Below, piece after piece: positions 20,604 through 30,062 of a stretch of 64,000 bases of DNA. The stretch lies in assembly GCA_965204725.1 (NCBI GenBank), contig OZ242005.1:3808001-3872000 (forward strand), written 5' to 3'. Every line of letters starts with the position of its first letter. The stretch's first letter is position 1. Made by a program: the position numbers and the translations under genes. The notes beneath the pieces are model-generated. The model ran no database searches. It had not been told where the DNA came from and saw nothing but the letters and a program-made list of their open reading frames with translations. This stretch comes from Candidatus Latescibacterota bacterium (lineage in GTDB: Bacteria; Latescibacterota; UBA2968; UBA8231).

Positions 20604-21626
20604 CTAGGGCGGTCCGGGCTTATTCGTTGATGGATGAGCCTGTACGCCCGGGAGACGCTCTTTGATGGCGATGGCCAAATCCACTCCGTGGTTTCGTGTG
20701 TTATCCGTGACAACTTTCTTGGCCCTCGTCGCCTTAACGTACTCAAGCGTCTCATTGAAGTCCGCATGATTAGATAACGCCACCCTATAAGCCCGATCCG
20801 AATATGTCATCAGCGGATCATCGGTATTGGCCATGTACGCGCTGCATGTGACGCTTGTTTCGCCGATTAGTTCGTTGCCAAAACCATCTCCCTTTGAATA
20901 CAGTCGAATATAGGCTCGTTCCCTCATGGCAGATTGACCTGAGTCCGAGTCGAGTGCGTATAGGTCCCCGATAGCGGATCCGTAATTTTGATAGACCTTC
21001 ACTTCCCCAATGAGTCGTTCGCTGGCCAGAATCGGAACCCCTACGTTGACCCCGAGTACATGCAACACGCGCTCGATAGTTCCTCTGTGAGCTTTGACAT
21101 GCACAGAACCATGTCGCAGTCGCTCACATACGAGGTTTAACAGACACTCCTCCGCTTCCGCTTGGGTGTAGCGGCGTACGCTTCTGGGGCTCCCATAGGT
21201 GCTGTCCACAACAAGCTCATCGACTTGAATAACCTCATTGAGAGGCCAGCCGAAGTCACTTGAATAGCCGACTCGGAGGCCATCGGGTAATTCCAGCGCG
21301 ACTTGACACGAGCCGAGCATGTGGTTGGAGGGAAGAAGGGATAGCTTCGATCCGTCGTTGAGCACACGCTCGTCGCCTCGATTTACTTGGTGGATGTTGT
21401 CACGGAACTCAAGGTCTGCATTGAGTTCCTCTACCAGAAGTGCATATGTTTCTGGACTCATCAGAAAATCCTGAAAGCCCTTGCTCTTGTCGAATTCGCC
21501 CATGTGGTCATCGTGGATATGTGTCTGGACGCGGAAAGGGTATCCTTCGGCGAAACCATCACACACTACTTTTGACCCGAGGCAGACCGCACCACTCGCA
21601 AGAACGTCAACAATGGGGTCGGGCAT
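20604..21626 (-). CDS. MBL-fold / beta-CASP family nuclease
   Basis: THIHDDH, NHMLGS, YSSDF, LVVDSTYG, LSNHAD; start at MPDPIV. Confidence 0.8.
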   Translation of the reverse strand: MPDPIVDVLASGAVCLGSKVVCDGFAEGYPFRVQTHIHDDHMGEFDKSKGFQDFLMSPETYALLVEELNADLEFRDNIHQVNRGDERVLNDGSKLSLLPSNHMLGSCQVALELPDGLRVGYSSDFGWPLNEVIQVDELVVDSTYGSPRSVRRYTQAEAEECLLNLVCERLRHGSVHVKAHRGTIERVLHVLGVNVGVPILASERLIGEVKVYQNYGSAIGDLYALDSDSGQSAMRERAYIRLYSKGDGFGNELIGETSVTCSAYMANTDDPLMTYSDRAYRVALSNHADFNETLEYVKATRAKKVVTDNTRNHGVDLAIAIKERLPGVQAHPSTNKPGPP

Positions 21627-22329
21627 TCTCAACAGTCTCCGAGATGTGGATTCGAAGCCGCGCCTCAATGCTCTCCTTGCCAATGCTCTTCATTGACGCA
21701 TCAAAGCACTCGTTTCCGACTAGTGTGAAGAACCGCTTTCCGAGCCGACCGGATACTCCCTGGAGGTTGAGGAGATTGATACCAGACTCAAGAATCGAAT
21801 CTCTCTCCGTCTGTGTGAGCTCAGTGAGAGCGTCCCCGACATTCTGATCAACAACCGAACCGATGAAGACGTAGCGTCTTTCGATTACTGGCCGCATACC
21901 TAAGATTTCCTTTAGGCATGTGCAAATAGGACGTTTTGAGCGCATTCTGAGTTGAACGACCTGTCGGACCTCCTTTCCATTGAGGCCGTCTGCGAGGATC
22001 GAACTAGCGACGGTACGCTGATCGTCAAGGTCCTGAAGCCGTACCAACTCAATGGCGGACGAAAAGCCGATAGCGTCCTTGCCAGCTCCCCAATCAACTA
22101 GGTGCCGAAGATCGTGAGGTAGGTCGAGAATTCGTAAAAAACGACCTACGCCTGTTCCGTCAATGCGGGCCTCGGTTGCACAGTCCCTAAGAGATGCACC
22201 TGAATCGCGAGCTTTGCGGAAAAGTGATCCCACCTCTATGGGAGAGTACGGGCGCCCCTTCTTGTGTGTCCCGTAACCTATGGACATCCGAAGGCGTGCA
22301 AGTTCTAAGGTGCTCAACCCGGCCAGCAT
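21607..22329 (-). CDS. Hypothetical protein with ParB/Spo0J-like HTH region
   Basis: YSPIEVG...GASLRDCA...GVGRFLRILDLP resembles the ParB HTH; no N-terminal CTPase motif. Confidence 0.6.
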   Translation of the reverse strand: MLAGLSTLELARLRMSIGYGTHKKGRPYSPIEVGSLFRKARDSGASLRDCATEARIDGTGVGRFLRILDLPHDLRHLVDWGAGKDAIGFSSAIELVRLQDLDDQRTVASSILADGLNGKEVRQVVQLRMRSKRPICTCLKEILGMRPVIERRYVFIGSVVDQNVGDALTELTQTERDSILESGINLLNLQGVSGRLGKRFFTLVGNECFDASMKSIGKESIEARLRIHISETVENARPHC

Positions 22330-22334
22330 CGACT

Positions 22335-23162
22335 CTACTCCTCCTCTAAGAGGCCGCGGCCGATCAGTGCTTCTTCGATGAGGGCAGAAATCGCCTCGTC
22401 TTGGTTGGTACCTTCTTCTTGTGCAAATCTTCGGATAGCGTTGTGTGTGTCGTGGGTCACCGTCACCGTTATCTGCGTTACTCTAGCCCCAGTTTTCGCA
22501 TCCTCAATTTTGTCGTCAATTGGTTTGGCAGGGTTTTTCTTGAATTCCTCAGAAAATTTTGTGCGTTGGGGCCCCGTCATCTGTTCCATTTCTTGGGCTA
22601 ATTTAGTAGCGACATCAATGTCTGCCTCTCCGTCGTCCTTAGTGGCAGCATCTTGCGCCTTTAGGGCGACATTGACGTCGATTCGCCCTTCATCAACCAT
22701 CTCCTGCAATTTGGACTCCAACCGCGGGTACTTCACATAATCCCGCACGTTTTTGTAGGACAAGCCCGTGGCTTCTGTTACAGCCTTTGCAGTTCCATAG
22801 ATTTTGTACAAGTAAGTGACTCCTTCGATAAGCTCTTTCCCAGAGAGCTTTCGCCGAATAAGATTCTCGGTAATCGAGATGGCCTTGGCTTCGTGCTCTT
22901 CAACCCGTTCATCGAGAATAGCTGCCGTGATGCTTTCTCGTTTCAGAATCCTATGTGCCAAGAACCGCCGCTGGCCTGTGAGAATCTCCCACTTACCCGC
23001 TTCCCTCGCTGGGCAGACTACAATCGGCTGTAGCAGTCCTTGCGCTTTGATGCTTTCGGCCAAGTCTTCAATTTCCTTGCCGACGTCTTGGACCCGTGCC
23101 TGCCCCTTTCCAATAGTCAGGTCATCGAGCGGGATATCTTTATACTCAACGATCTTTGCCAT
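22335..23162 (-). CDS. ParB/RepB/Spo0J-family protein with C-terminal ribbon-helix-helix-like tail
   Basis: SIKAQGLLQPIVV, ILTGQRR, ENLIR; C-terminal VTVTHDTHNAIRRFAQEEG...ISALIEEAL. Confidence 0.85.
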   Translation of the reverse strand: MAKIVEYKDIPLDDLTIGKGQARVQDVGKEIEDLAESIKAQGLLQPIVVCPAREAGKWEILTGQRRFLAHRILKRESITAAILDERVEEHEAKAISITENLIRRKLSGKELIEGVTYLYKIYGTAKAVTEATGLSYKNVRDYVKYPRLESKLQEMVDEGRIDVNVALKAQDAATKDDGEADIDVATKLAQEMEQMTGPQRTKFSEEFKKNPAKPIDDKIEDAKTGARVTQITVTVTHDTHNAIRRFAQEEGTNQDEAISALIEEALIGRGLLEEE

Positions 23163-23166
23163 GACT

Positions 23167-24567
23167 TTAGTGCTCCTTTTTTTTGGGTTTGCGTGTCAGG
23201 AAGATGTCTCCAGTTTCGAGTTCCAAAATCTGCATCAATTCCTCCTTCGTGAAGCGGTGAGTAGTTGTCTCCGCAGATTCAATTACCTCATCGAATAGAC
23301 ATTTCTTTTGTTCAAGTATCGTTTCGATGCGCTCCTCGATCGAATCGGCTACGAGGAAACGAATAACGTGTAACGGCTCCTCTCGGTCAAAGCGGTGAGC
23401 CCGATAGATCGCTTGGACCTCGGCTGCGGGATTCCACCACCTGTCGAAAATCACGACGTGCGTCGCCTCGCCCAGATTCAGGCCCACTCCTCCGGCCCGA
23501 AGGGACACCAGAAGTCCCCGAGGCGTAGCTCCGGTCCTAAACTGGTTTATGGCAATCTGCCTCTCGGCAAGCGACATTGATCCTGTCAAGAGGTCGTGCG
23601 GAAGCTCGATCCTGTCCGAAATCCATCGCAGAGTTTCGACAAACTGCGAAAAGACAAGAATGCGAGCAGAATCTCCGACCCCTTCGCTAATCGTCTTCAG
23701 AGTATCCAATTTTGATGAGGCGTTCGCGGGCGCATCGAAATTACAGATAATCTTCAGTCGTGTGATGAGTCCGAGCAACGCGGTACTGCTATCTCCGTCA
23801 GATGAGTTTTTGCTGATGGTTTGGGCGCGATTTACCCACAGCTCGTCGTATCTTGTTCTCTGCGGTACTGAGAGTTCGATTTTCAAGTCTTGGAATATAA
23901 CTGGGGGCAGTTCGGCCCGAACGCCAGATTTTCGCCGCCGAAGCATCATCGACTCCAACTTTTTGACCAAGTACGATTTAGGAAGCCCTCGTCCAACCGA
24001 CGGGTCGAGAAAACTGAGAATAGACACAATATCGTTTTCGTCGTTTTCGAGAGGTGTAGCCGACAGTGCCCAAGCACGTTTGCGTGGCAGGAGCCGGCAG
24101 GCTAGTGCAGTAGTGGAATCCCTGTTTTTGATTCGTTGGGCCTCATCAAGGATCACGAGATCGAAGGTATCCGAGGGAATCCGGTCCAAGCCATCGGATC
24201 GAATTTGTTCGTAAGAACTCACGAGAACAGGGATTGGCAGTAGGTAAAACGCTTCACGGGCGCGTACAGTACCCTGTACGCGCCGCGTAGCCACCGATGG
24301 TGCCCAAGTTGAGAGCTCCATCATCCAGTTAGTCGTCAGCGATGCGGGTGCGATGATCACGGCTCGGCGTACCTCGCTCTGTCCGTTCAAGAGAAGCGCT
24401 AGTGCGACCGCGGTCTGGACAGTTTTCCCTAGCCCCATCTCGTCAGCGAGGAGGGCAGAGCGAGATCGATACAAGAACGCGACGCCCTCCCACTGGTAGC
24501 TATGGAGCGTCGCGGGAACGCCGAGTTGGCTTTCTGCGAGACGACGGAGTTGTAGCGTGTTAAGCAT
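23167..24567 (-). CDS. Stand-alone SNF2-family (SF2) helicase/ATPase
   Basis: LADEMGLGKT, DEAQRIKN, SATPLEN, FSQF, SLRAGGVGLNL, WWNPAAEVQAIYRAHR. Confidence 0.92.
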   Translation of the reverse strand: MLNTLQLRRLAESQLGVPATLHSYQWEGVAFLYRSRSALLADEMGLGKTVQTAVALALLLNGQSEVRRAVIIAPASLTTNWMMELSTWAPSVATRRVQGTVRAREAFYLLPIPVLVSSYEQIRSDGLDRIPSDTFDLVILDEAQRIKNRDSTTALACRLLPRKRAWALSATPLENDENDIVSILSFLDPSVGRGLPKSYLVKKLESMMLRRRKSGVRAELPPVIFQDLKIELSVPQRTRYDELWVNRAQTISKNSSDGDSSTALLGLITRLKIICNFDAPANASSKLDTLKTISEGVGDSARILVFSQFVETLRWISDRIELPHDLLTGSMSLAERQIAINQFRTGATPRGLLVSLRAGGVGLNLGEATHVVIFDRWWNPAAEVQAIYRAHRFDREEPLHVIRFLVADSIEERIETILEQKKCLFDEVIESAETTTHRFTKEELMQILELETGDIFLTRKPKKKEH

Positions 24568-26357
24568 CAATCGAACGTCCAGACTTGGATGGCTTGTTTC
24601 GCCATCTCTTGCTGTCTCTTTTCAATTAACGTCGGAGTCCAGTCATCATATTCGCCAAGCTTGCGCGTAAGCACGATTCCACTTTCTTGATAGCTCTCTC
24701 TCTTCTTCATAAAGTTACCATTATACTTCGGGCCAGGCTTATTGTCCGCCGGGCCCATAAGTGTCAGATTCCCGATTCTATGAACCCAATCACCAACAGT
24801 TTCGGGATCGAAACCGGGCCAAGAGTTCCAATGATGTGGAGACTCCGGCAGTATGTGCTCAACGGTACAGAAACGTTCGTCTAATAGCCGTGCATCACGT
24901 TGCATGTTGCCATTAATTCCGAGCAAGAATTGCTTAATTTTTGGATTTCCTGTCATTCTCGTTTCAAGTAGGGCATCCCGAAACTTAGAGTCGTCCAGCA
25001 CCCCATACGCCGAGCGGTCGCAATTGAGTAGGAAATCTGCAAATTCGGTGTCGGGAATATCGGCAGCCCCCGATATATCTTTGGCGTAGTCGGAAAACTG
25101 CGCTTCGAAGTGAGAGGGCTCGAATTTCGGTGCGATGAATGCTGTTCTGAGGACAAATGCCGTCAGACGCTTCAGGTTTTTGTTGGCGAGTCTCGCAATT
25201 CGCGGCTTTTTACGTCCATCCGACTCCCGAAGGTACCAAGCTAACGTAGCAAAGACCAGAGGTTGAGTAACTTTGTATCTACGCAGCTCACGAAGAAAGA
25301 CTGCCAAGTTCCTCGGTGATCTTGTTGTCCCGGAGGCAACCTCGAACGCCCGGATGAAATCAGGGTTTGGAGTCGTCGCCGTGATTGTGCGAAAGAGTTC
25401 CAAGGATTCGCCAGAAGTGACCTGCTCGGTTATCTTGAACACGTAGTCTGCCAAGGCAGCCTTTTCTTGTTCCTTTTTGTCTATCTGGTTACGAATAGCC
25501 TCCCGCACCTCGCGATAGAAATGATCCTTATGTAGAAAGCCGAATCTACATTGCAAATGACACCGCATGTATTCGGATGCCTTATTAGGGCCAGAAATAA
25601 TTGTGCGAATTCTCTCCAGATTTTCATGTACCGAATTTTTTCTTTCAGAATCATTTTCCGAATTAAAATGCGAGTACAGATAATTGCGGATGAGGTCTAA
25701 ATCGTCGAGTTGCTTACCTCTACAGTTGATCGTCTCATATACGGCGTTCGGATCGATGTGCGGTGGAACCCGCAGACATGCTACTTCGAGCTTCTTGGTA
25801 AGAAAGTCGAAGTACCGTTCTAATTCCTCGTAACTCAGGGGAGAGAAGAAGCTCTCGATCTCTGCCCACGCGGCCGTAAGGGGACCGTTGGTCCCAATCG
25901 TGTGCCCTCTGATCATAAGACGATATTGCATCGCGTCATTCTTTGGAGGAGAAATTCGAGGAGTATAACGCTCTGAGTCTTCCATAGTCCATGCGCTGTT
26001 GGCATCGAGATCGAAAAGCATCCGTAGTGCGAGCCCTTCCCGTTGCGAGCCCTTTATTTCGCGTACAAATCGGCGACAGAGGGCGGCGCACATTAACGAT
26101 ATTGTTACCATCCTTTGTTGGCCATCGTTGATTGCCCACCGTTGGTGTCCGACCTCTACTAGCATGATTGCACCAAGAAAGTAACAATCGCGTTCCTCTT
26201 TTATCGCATCTTCGATATCGTGGAGCAGTGCTTGAACATCGCTCGGCTTCCAATCGTAATAGCGCTGATGCCACGGGACGTCGAAATAGCCCTGTTGGAA
26301 CAAGTCCGAAAACAACATCGCTTCTGCCCCGACAACAGTCTGAGGTTTCTTTGTCAA
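24567..26357 (-). CDS. DUF262 + DUF1524 (HNH) protein, SspE/GmrSD-like modification-sensing nuclease
   Basis: PWHQRYYDW, DGQQR, YETINCRG (DUF262); VEHILP, IGNLTL..N (DUF1524 HNH). Confidence 0.88.
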   Translation of the reverse strand: MTKKPQTVVGAEAMLFSDLFQQGYFDVPWHQRYYDWKPSDVQALLHDIEDAIKEERDCYFLGAIMLVEVGHQRWAINDGQQRMVTISLMCAALCRRFVREIKGSQREGLALRMLFDLDANSAWTMEDSERYTPRISPPKNDAMQYRLMIRGHTIGTNGPLTAAWAEIESFFSPLSYEELERYFDFLTKKLEVACLRVPPHIDPNAVYETINCRGKQLDDLDLIRNYLYSHFNSENDSERKNSVHENLERIRTIISGPNKASEYMRCHLQCRFGFLHKDHFYREVREAIRNQIDKKEQEKAALADYVFKITEQVTSGESLELFRTITATTPNPDFIRAFEVASGTTRSPRNLAVFLRELRRYKVTQPLVFATLAWYLRESDGRKKPRIARLANKNLKRLTAFVLRTAFIAPKFEPSHFEAQFSDYAKDISGAADIPDTEFADFLLNCDRSAYGVLDDSKFRDALLETRMTGNPKIKQFLLGINGNMQRDARLLDERFCTVEHILPESPHHWNSWPGFDPETVGDWVHRIGNLTLMGPADNKPGPKYNGNFMKKRESYQESGIVLTRKLGEYDDWTPTLIEKRQQEMAKQAIQVWTFD

Positions 26358-27556
26358 GCCGAAGCCTCTTCAGGATTAGGAGTAATCGCTTCGTGCAGGG
26401 CCGAACGACAGTCTTGGCGAATTTGGTCTCGACGCCAGATGTCCTCGATGACGTCGAGTTCTGATTTGGTAATTAGCTGTTGTTCTGTGGCTTGTTCCAA
26501 AGCCTGCAATTCGCTCAGGATACGCCTGCGGACATCGAGTTTGAAAGGTCCCATGACAGGAGTTCCGTCGGCACGGGATTTCAAGTTTCCATCTCGCCGT
26601 ACGCGCTGACGATTTGCATCGTCTTCGCGGAGTTGGACTAGCCGCTCACGGAAGTCGAAGAGACGTGCGAAAACCTCTGCATCTTCGTGGCCAGAATCGA
26701 TTAAGCCACGCAAGCTCCGATCTTTACTAACGACGGTACATGTCCAGCAACCGAATCTAGGTGAGGTTGTTCCACATGAGGGCGCATCGTCCTTGGTCAG
26801 TACCAGCGGGCATTCCCCTCCACCAGCATTCCGATACAGAGTGATTAGATCGTGATGCGAGCCGCCCCATGGTGGCCTTCGTTGCATCAGGATCAGCCAC
26901 ACATCCTCGTCTTTGAATTCGGCGAGTGGTGCGAATATACGGCACCCCTCGACAGAACTGTGAGGATTCATCTTGGTTGCCGAAACCCCGTGCTTTGCCA
27001 TGTTGCGGCGACGGCTCTCGGACTCACTCTTGCGCGTTCCTACCAATAGCACAGTGCGCTTGTGCGTACGAACAAGACTTTCGAGTAGTTGGCTAGTTGG
27101 GACAATTTTCATTCGATCGGTACACCATCGAAAATTCCGTGTCGGGGGAATGTAGCCACGTCCAATCACGTTGACCCAGAAAGTTTGATCGATATGCGGC
27201 CTCGTGATCTGCGTCTCGATCGGCAGTTCGTTCTCGGTGGCAGCGGTGCTGATCGTCGATATGGTAGTTTTGAGATGCCGGATGACCAGCGGCGACTCGA
27301 CTAGCGTATCATTGCCTACGATATAGACCTTGCGCCGTCGCGAGTGAACAGGAAGCGATGCCAGCATCTCCCATATCAGTTGGAGCAGCAAGGTCGAATC
27401 CTTTCCACCAGAATAGGCCACTATCCACGGATCGAGATGCTTACGCAAGTATTCCCTCCGAATGATGTCCATGGTGGCGTTGAGCCGCTCGACGACACGG
27501 ACGATTCCATTATGGCTATCGCTTGCGCCGGATCTCTGCTGGGTGCGCTCGTTCAT
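26354..27556 (-). CDS. dndC: DNA phosphorothioation sulfurtransferase DndC (PAPS-reductase-like)
   Basis: [13 protein letters not shown]-loop, [53 protein letters not shown]. Confidence 0.9.
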   Translation of the reverse strand: MNERTQQRSGASDSHNGIVRVVERLNATMDIIRREYLRKHLDPWIVAYSGGKDSTLLLQLIWEMLASLPVHSRRRKVYIVGNDTLVESPLVIRHLKTTISTISTAATENELPIETQITRPHIDQTFWVNVIGRGYIPPTRNFRWCTDRMKIVPTSQLLESLVRTHKRTVLLVGTRKSESESRRRNMAKHGVSATKMNPHSSVEGCRIFAPLAEFKDEDVWLILMQRRPPWGGSHHDLITLYRNAGGGECPLVLTKDDAPSCGTTSPRFGCWTCTVVSKDRSLRGLIDSGHEDAEVFARLFDFRERLVQLREDDANRQRVRRDGNLKSRADGTPVMGPFKLDVRRRILSELQALEQATEQQLITKSELDVIEDIWRRDQIRQDCRSALHEAITPNPEEASA

Positions 27557-28779
27557 GTCATCACTGTCGGCCGTACCCGAGGATACGGATTAGTGGCACG
27601 ACCACTTCGGCAAATTGCTCGCCACTGAGGGGACAACTGGCGCAAAGCGTCAACGGAGTTCCGTACACATGCTATCGCGAAGTCGACTTCCTCTTCGGTT
27701 GTGAATCGCCCGAGGCTGAAGCGGACTGAACAGCTTGCGAGATCCTCGGATAAGCCTAGCGACCTCAATACATAGGAAGGCTCTACACGCGATGACGTAC
27801 AGGCCGAACCAGATGAGATAGCAACGTCCTTCAACGACATCATTAGGGACTCACTCTCGACGCAAGCAAAGCCAATGTTCACGATTCCTGAAACGCGATT
27901 CGCTCCATTGCCGTTTACGAAGGAATACTCAATATCTGCAAGACGATCAAGCAAGAGGCGATCGAGCTTGGCAATAGCTTCGACATCGCGGCTTCGACGT
28001 TCGCGTGTCAACTGTGCGGCCGCGCCCATGCCGACTAGTTGATGTGTTGCCAGCGTCCCCGATCGGAGACCCTGCTCTTGGCCACCGCCGTGTATTTGAG
28101 GCTCGATCCGGATGCGGGGCCAGCGACGCACGTACAATGCTCCGACGCCCTTAGGTCCGTACATCTTGTGTCCGCTAAGTGAAATAAGATCCGCTTGCAT
28201 AGATCGCGTATCAAGCGATAGACGAGCGGCACTTTGAGCCGCGTCCACATGGAATGTGACCTCACGGGCGCGAGTTATTTTGCTTATCGCATTGACGTCG
28301 GTGATAGTGCCGACTTCGTTGTTCACATGCATAAGGGAGACAAGGATGGTGTCTTCCCTCAGCACTCTCTCCACGAGTTCTGGGGAGATTAGACCGTCCT
28401 GCTTAGGACTGATATAGGTAACCTCGAATCCTTCACGGGATAGCTTATCGCATGAATCCAGAACCGCTTTGTGCTCCAGACTTGAGGTTACAATATGTTT
28501 GCCTCGGTGGGCATATCCATGCGCTACGCCCTTGATAGCCAAGTTGACGGATTCGGTAGCTCCCGATGTCCAAACGATCTCGGACGGGTCAGCGTTGATG
28601 AGCTGGGCCACCTGATCCCGTGCCTTCTCCACTGCCGCTTCGGCTTCTTGGCCGAAGCGGTGTGAACGCGACGCGGCGTTGCCGAACGTCCCATCCAGCC
28701 CTAGGCACTGGGTCATCACCGCGATGACTTGCGGGTCGACAGGCGTCGTTGCGGCATAGTCCAAATAGACGGGGTACAT
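27553..28779 (-). CDS. dndA: Cysteine desulfurase (IscS/DndA-type)
   Basis: [32 protein letters not shown] (PLP Lys), SSGSACTS (catalytic Cys); stop overlaps dndC start; no iscR/iscU nearby. Confidence 0.85.
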   Translation of the reverse strand: MYPVYLDYAATTPVDPQVIAVMTQCLGLDGTFGNAASRSHRFGQEAEAAVEKARDQVAQLINADPSEIVWTSGATESVNLAIKGVAHGYAHRGKHIVTSSLEHKAVLDSCDKLSREGFEVTYISPKQDGLISPELVERVLREDTILVSLMHVNNEVGTITDVNAISKITRAREVTFHVDAAQSAARLSLDTRSMQADLISLSGHKMYGPKGVGALYVRRWPRIRIEPQIHGGGQEQGLRSGTLATHQLVGMGAAAQLTRERRSRDVEAIAKLDRLLLDRLADIEYSFVNGNGANRVSGIVNIGFACVESESLMMSLKDVAISSGSACTSSRVEPSYVLRSLGLSEDLASCSVRFSLGRFTTEEEVDFAIACVRNSVDALRQLSPQWRAICRSGRATNPYPRVRPTVMT

Positions 28780-28896
28780 GAGTCAGTGATCGTTTTTCCG
28801 TGAAGCGGCTGAATAAAGACAGGTCCTTAGTAAAGGGGGCGTGATCTCTAACCAAGAAAACCGATGCTGTTTCATCCAAGTAACCTGTTAGACTCA

Positions 28897-28924
28897 ATAG
28901 TATCGTATCCTCGCATCAGGTCAA
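28897..28924 (-). promoter_or_regulatory. Putative sigma70 promoter of the dndA-led operon
   Basis: Minus strand TTGACC-N16-TACTAT. Confidence 0.5.
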
Positions 28925-29006
28925 GCCTCGTCACCCTTGTTGCCGCCGCTCGCCCGTTGTGTCCCGGGTACAAAATGGCCAGCCTCATCACTTGAGGCTC
29001 ATAGAG

Positions 29007-29972
29007 TCAGTCGAGATTCGCCGCGACGATTTCGGCGTGAACTTGGAAGATATGGCTGTCGTTTGGATCGACGATCACCCGCAGCCAGTGGATCTCGGGC
29101 GTACCAAAAGGCTCGATGCGCGTGAAGCGCACCAGACGCTGGCTCGTGCCGGCCTGACGTAGCGGTTTATCTACGCGGAAATAGTGAGAGTCGCCGTGCG
29201 CTAGGGCCACCGGCCGGCCAAAGCGGACGACTTCTTGCTCTAGGGCCTGCAAAAAAGCTGCGTATGGTCCGTCCGGTTTGTTTTCCCGTTCCTCAAAGCG
29301 CGGGTTGGCGTGGATGATGAGGAAGATGGCGCGATGATCTTGTTCCGCAGCTTGGGCGAATGTTGTGCGCATCCAAGCAATGGCGGCGGCGGTGCGGCTT
29401 TTGACCTCCGCGTCGTTGGCCTGAGTGCGGCCTTCAAACGCGGCGGTGGCGTTGCCGCTGCCGACTATGTGCAACACTGCAAAGCTCGTCCGCCCGTGGG
29501 TCCAGCGCACGTGCTCGGGAAAGGTGTCCCCTTGGGTGCCGACGCGCATGGGATGCCGGCCCAGCGTCCAACCTGGGCGCGAAAAAAAGAGTGCCCGCAC
29601 TCGCGCCAGCCGGTCCAGCGGCTGGTATCCGCTCCGGTGGCAGTCGGTCCAGTCGTTGTCGCCCGGGACCAAAATGAAAGGGCGTTCAAACTGCTGGAAC
29701 CACTCGAAGCGGCTCTGCAGCAGGCCATCGGTACAGGGGCTGCTGCCGCCCTTGATATCGCCCACGTGGACGACCCATTCCAAGCCCTCGGCGCGGTTAA
29801 TTTTCTCGACGAGCCGACCAAAGCGGACGCTGTCGGTCGGAGAATACGGCATGTCCCCAATCAGGGCGAAGGCGAAGGTTTCCTCGGCGGGGTCCGCAAG
29901 CGGTAGGACTTGGGCACTGGCGGCGTCTAGCAGCGCGACGATTAGGGATAGACTCAGAAGATGCCGGGCCAT
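29007..29972 (-). CDS. Secreted calcineurin-like metallophosphoesterase
   Basis: Signal peptide; GDMPY, HVGDIK, PGDNDWTDCH, HGDSH. Confidence 0.85.
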   Translation of the reverse strand: MARHLLSLSLIVALLDAASAQVLPLADPAEETFAFALIGDMPYSPTDSVRFGRLVEKINRAEGLEWVVHVGDIKGGSSPCTDGLLQSRFEWFQQFERPFILVPGDNDWTDCHRSGYQPLDRLARVRALFFSRPGWTLGRHPMRVGTQGDTFPEHVRWTHGRTSFAVLHIVGSGNATAAFEGRTQANDAEVKSRTAAAIAWMRTTFAQAAEQDHRAIFLIIHANPRFEERENKPDGPYAAFLQALEQEVVRFGRPVALAHGDSHYFRVDKPLRQAGTSQRLVRFTRIEPFGTPEIHWLRVIVDPNDSHIFQVHAEIVAANLD

Positions 29973-30062
29973 TCATTTTCTCCGTTATAGTTGCAATATG
30001 TCCCTTGAGATTGGTTTTCTTGCGCGTATTTGGGGGACGCTACTTCTGCTTCATGCGCTGGC

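Larger units (their letters stand above)
20604..28924 (-). other. Lower-GC genomic island: putative phosphorothioation-linked defence operon
   Basis: Seven co-oriented genes with overlaps or gaps of 5 bp or less, and composition visibly different from the flanks. Confidence 0.8.

Noticed and set aside
22335-23162. Chromosome or plasmid partition locus
   Set aside because: No parA, rep gene or recognisable parS; the gene is embedded in the defence-like operon
27553-28779. Housekeeping iscS of an Fe-S cluster operon
   Set aside because: No iscR/iscU/hscAB nearby; it is coupled to dndC and shares the island's composition
20438-29006. att sites or integrase delimiting the PT island
   Set aside because: No integrase, tRNA or convincing flanking direct repeat could be seen by eye
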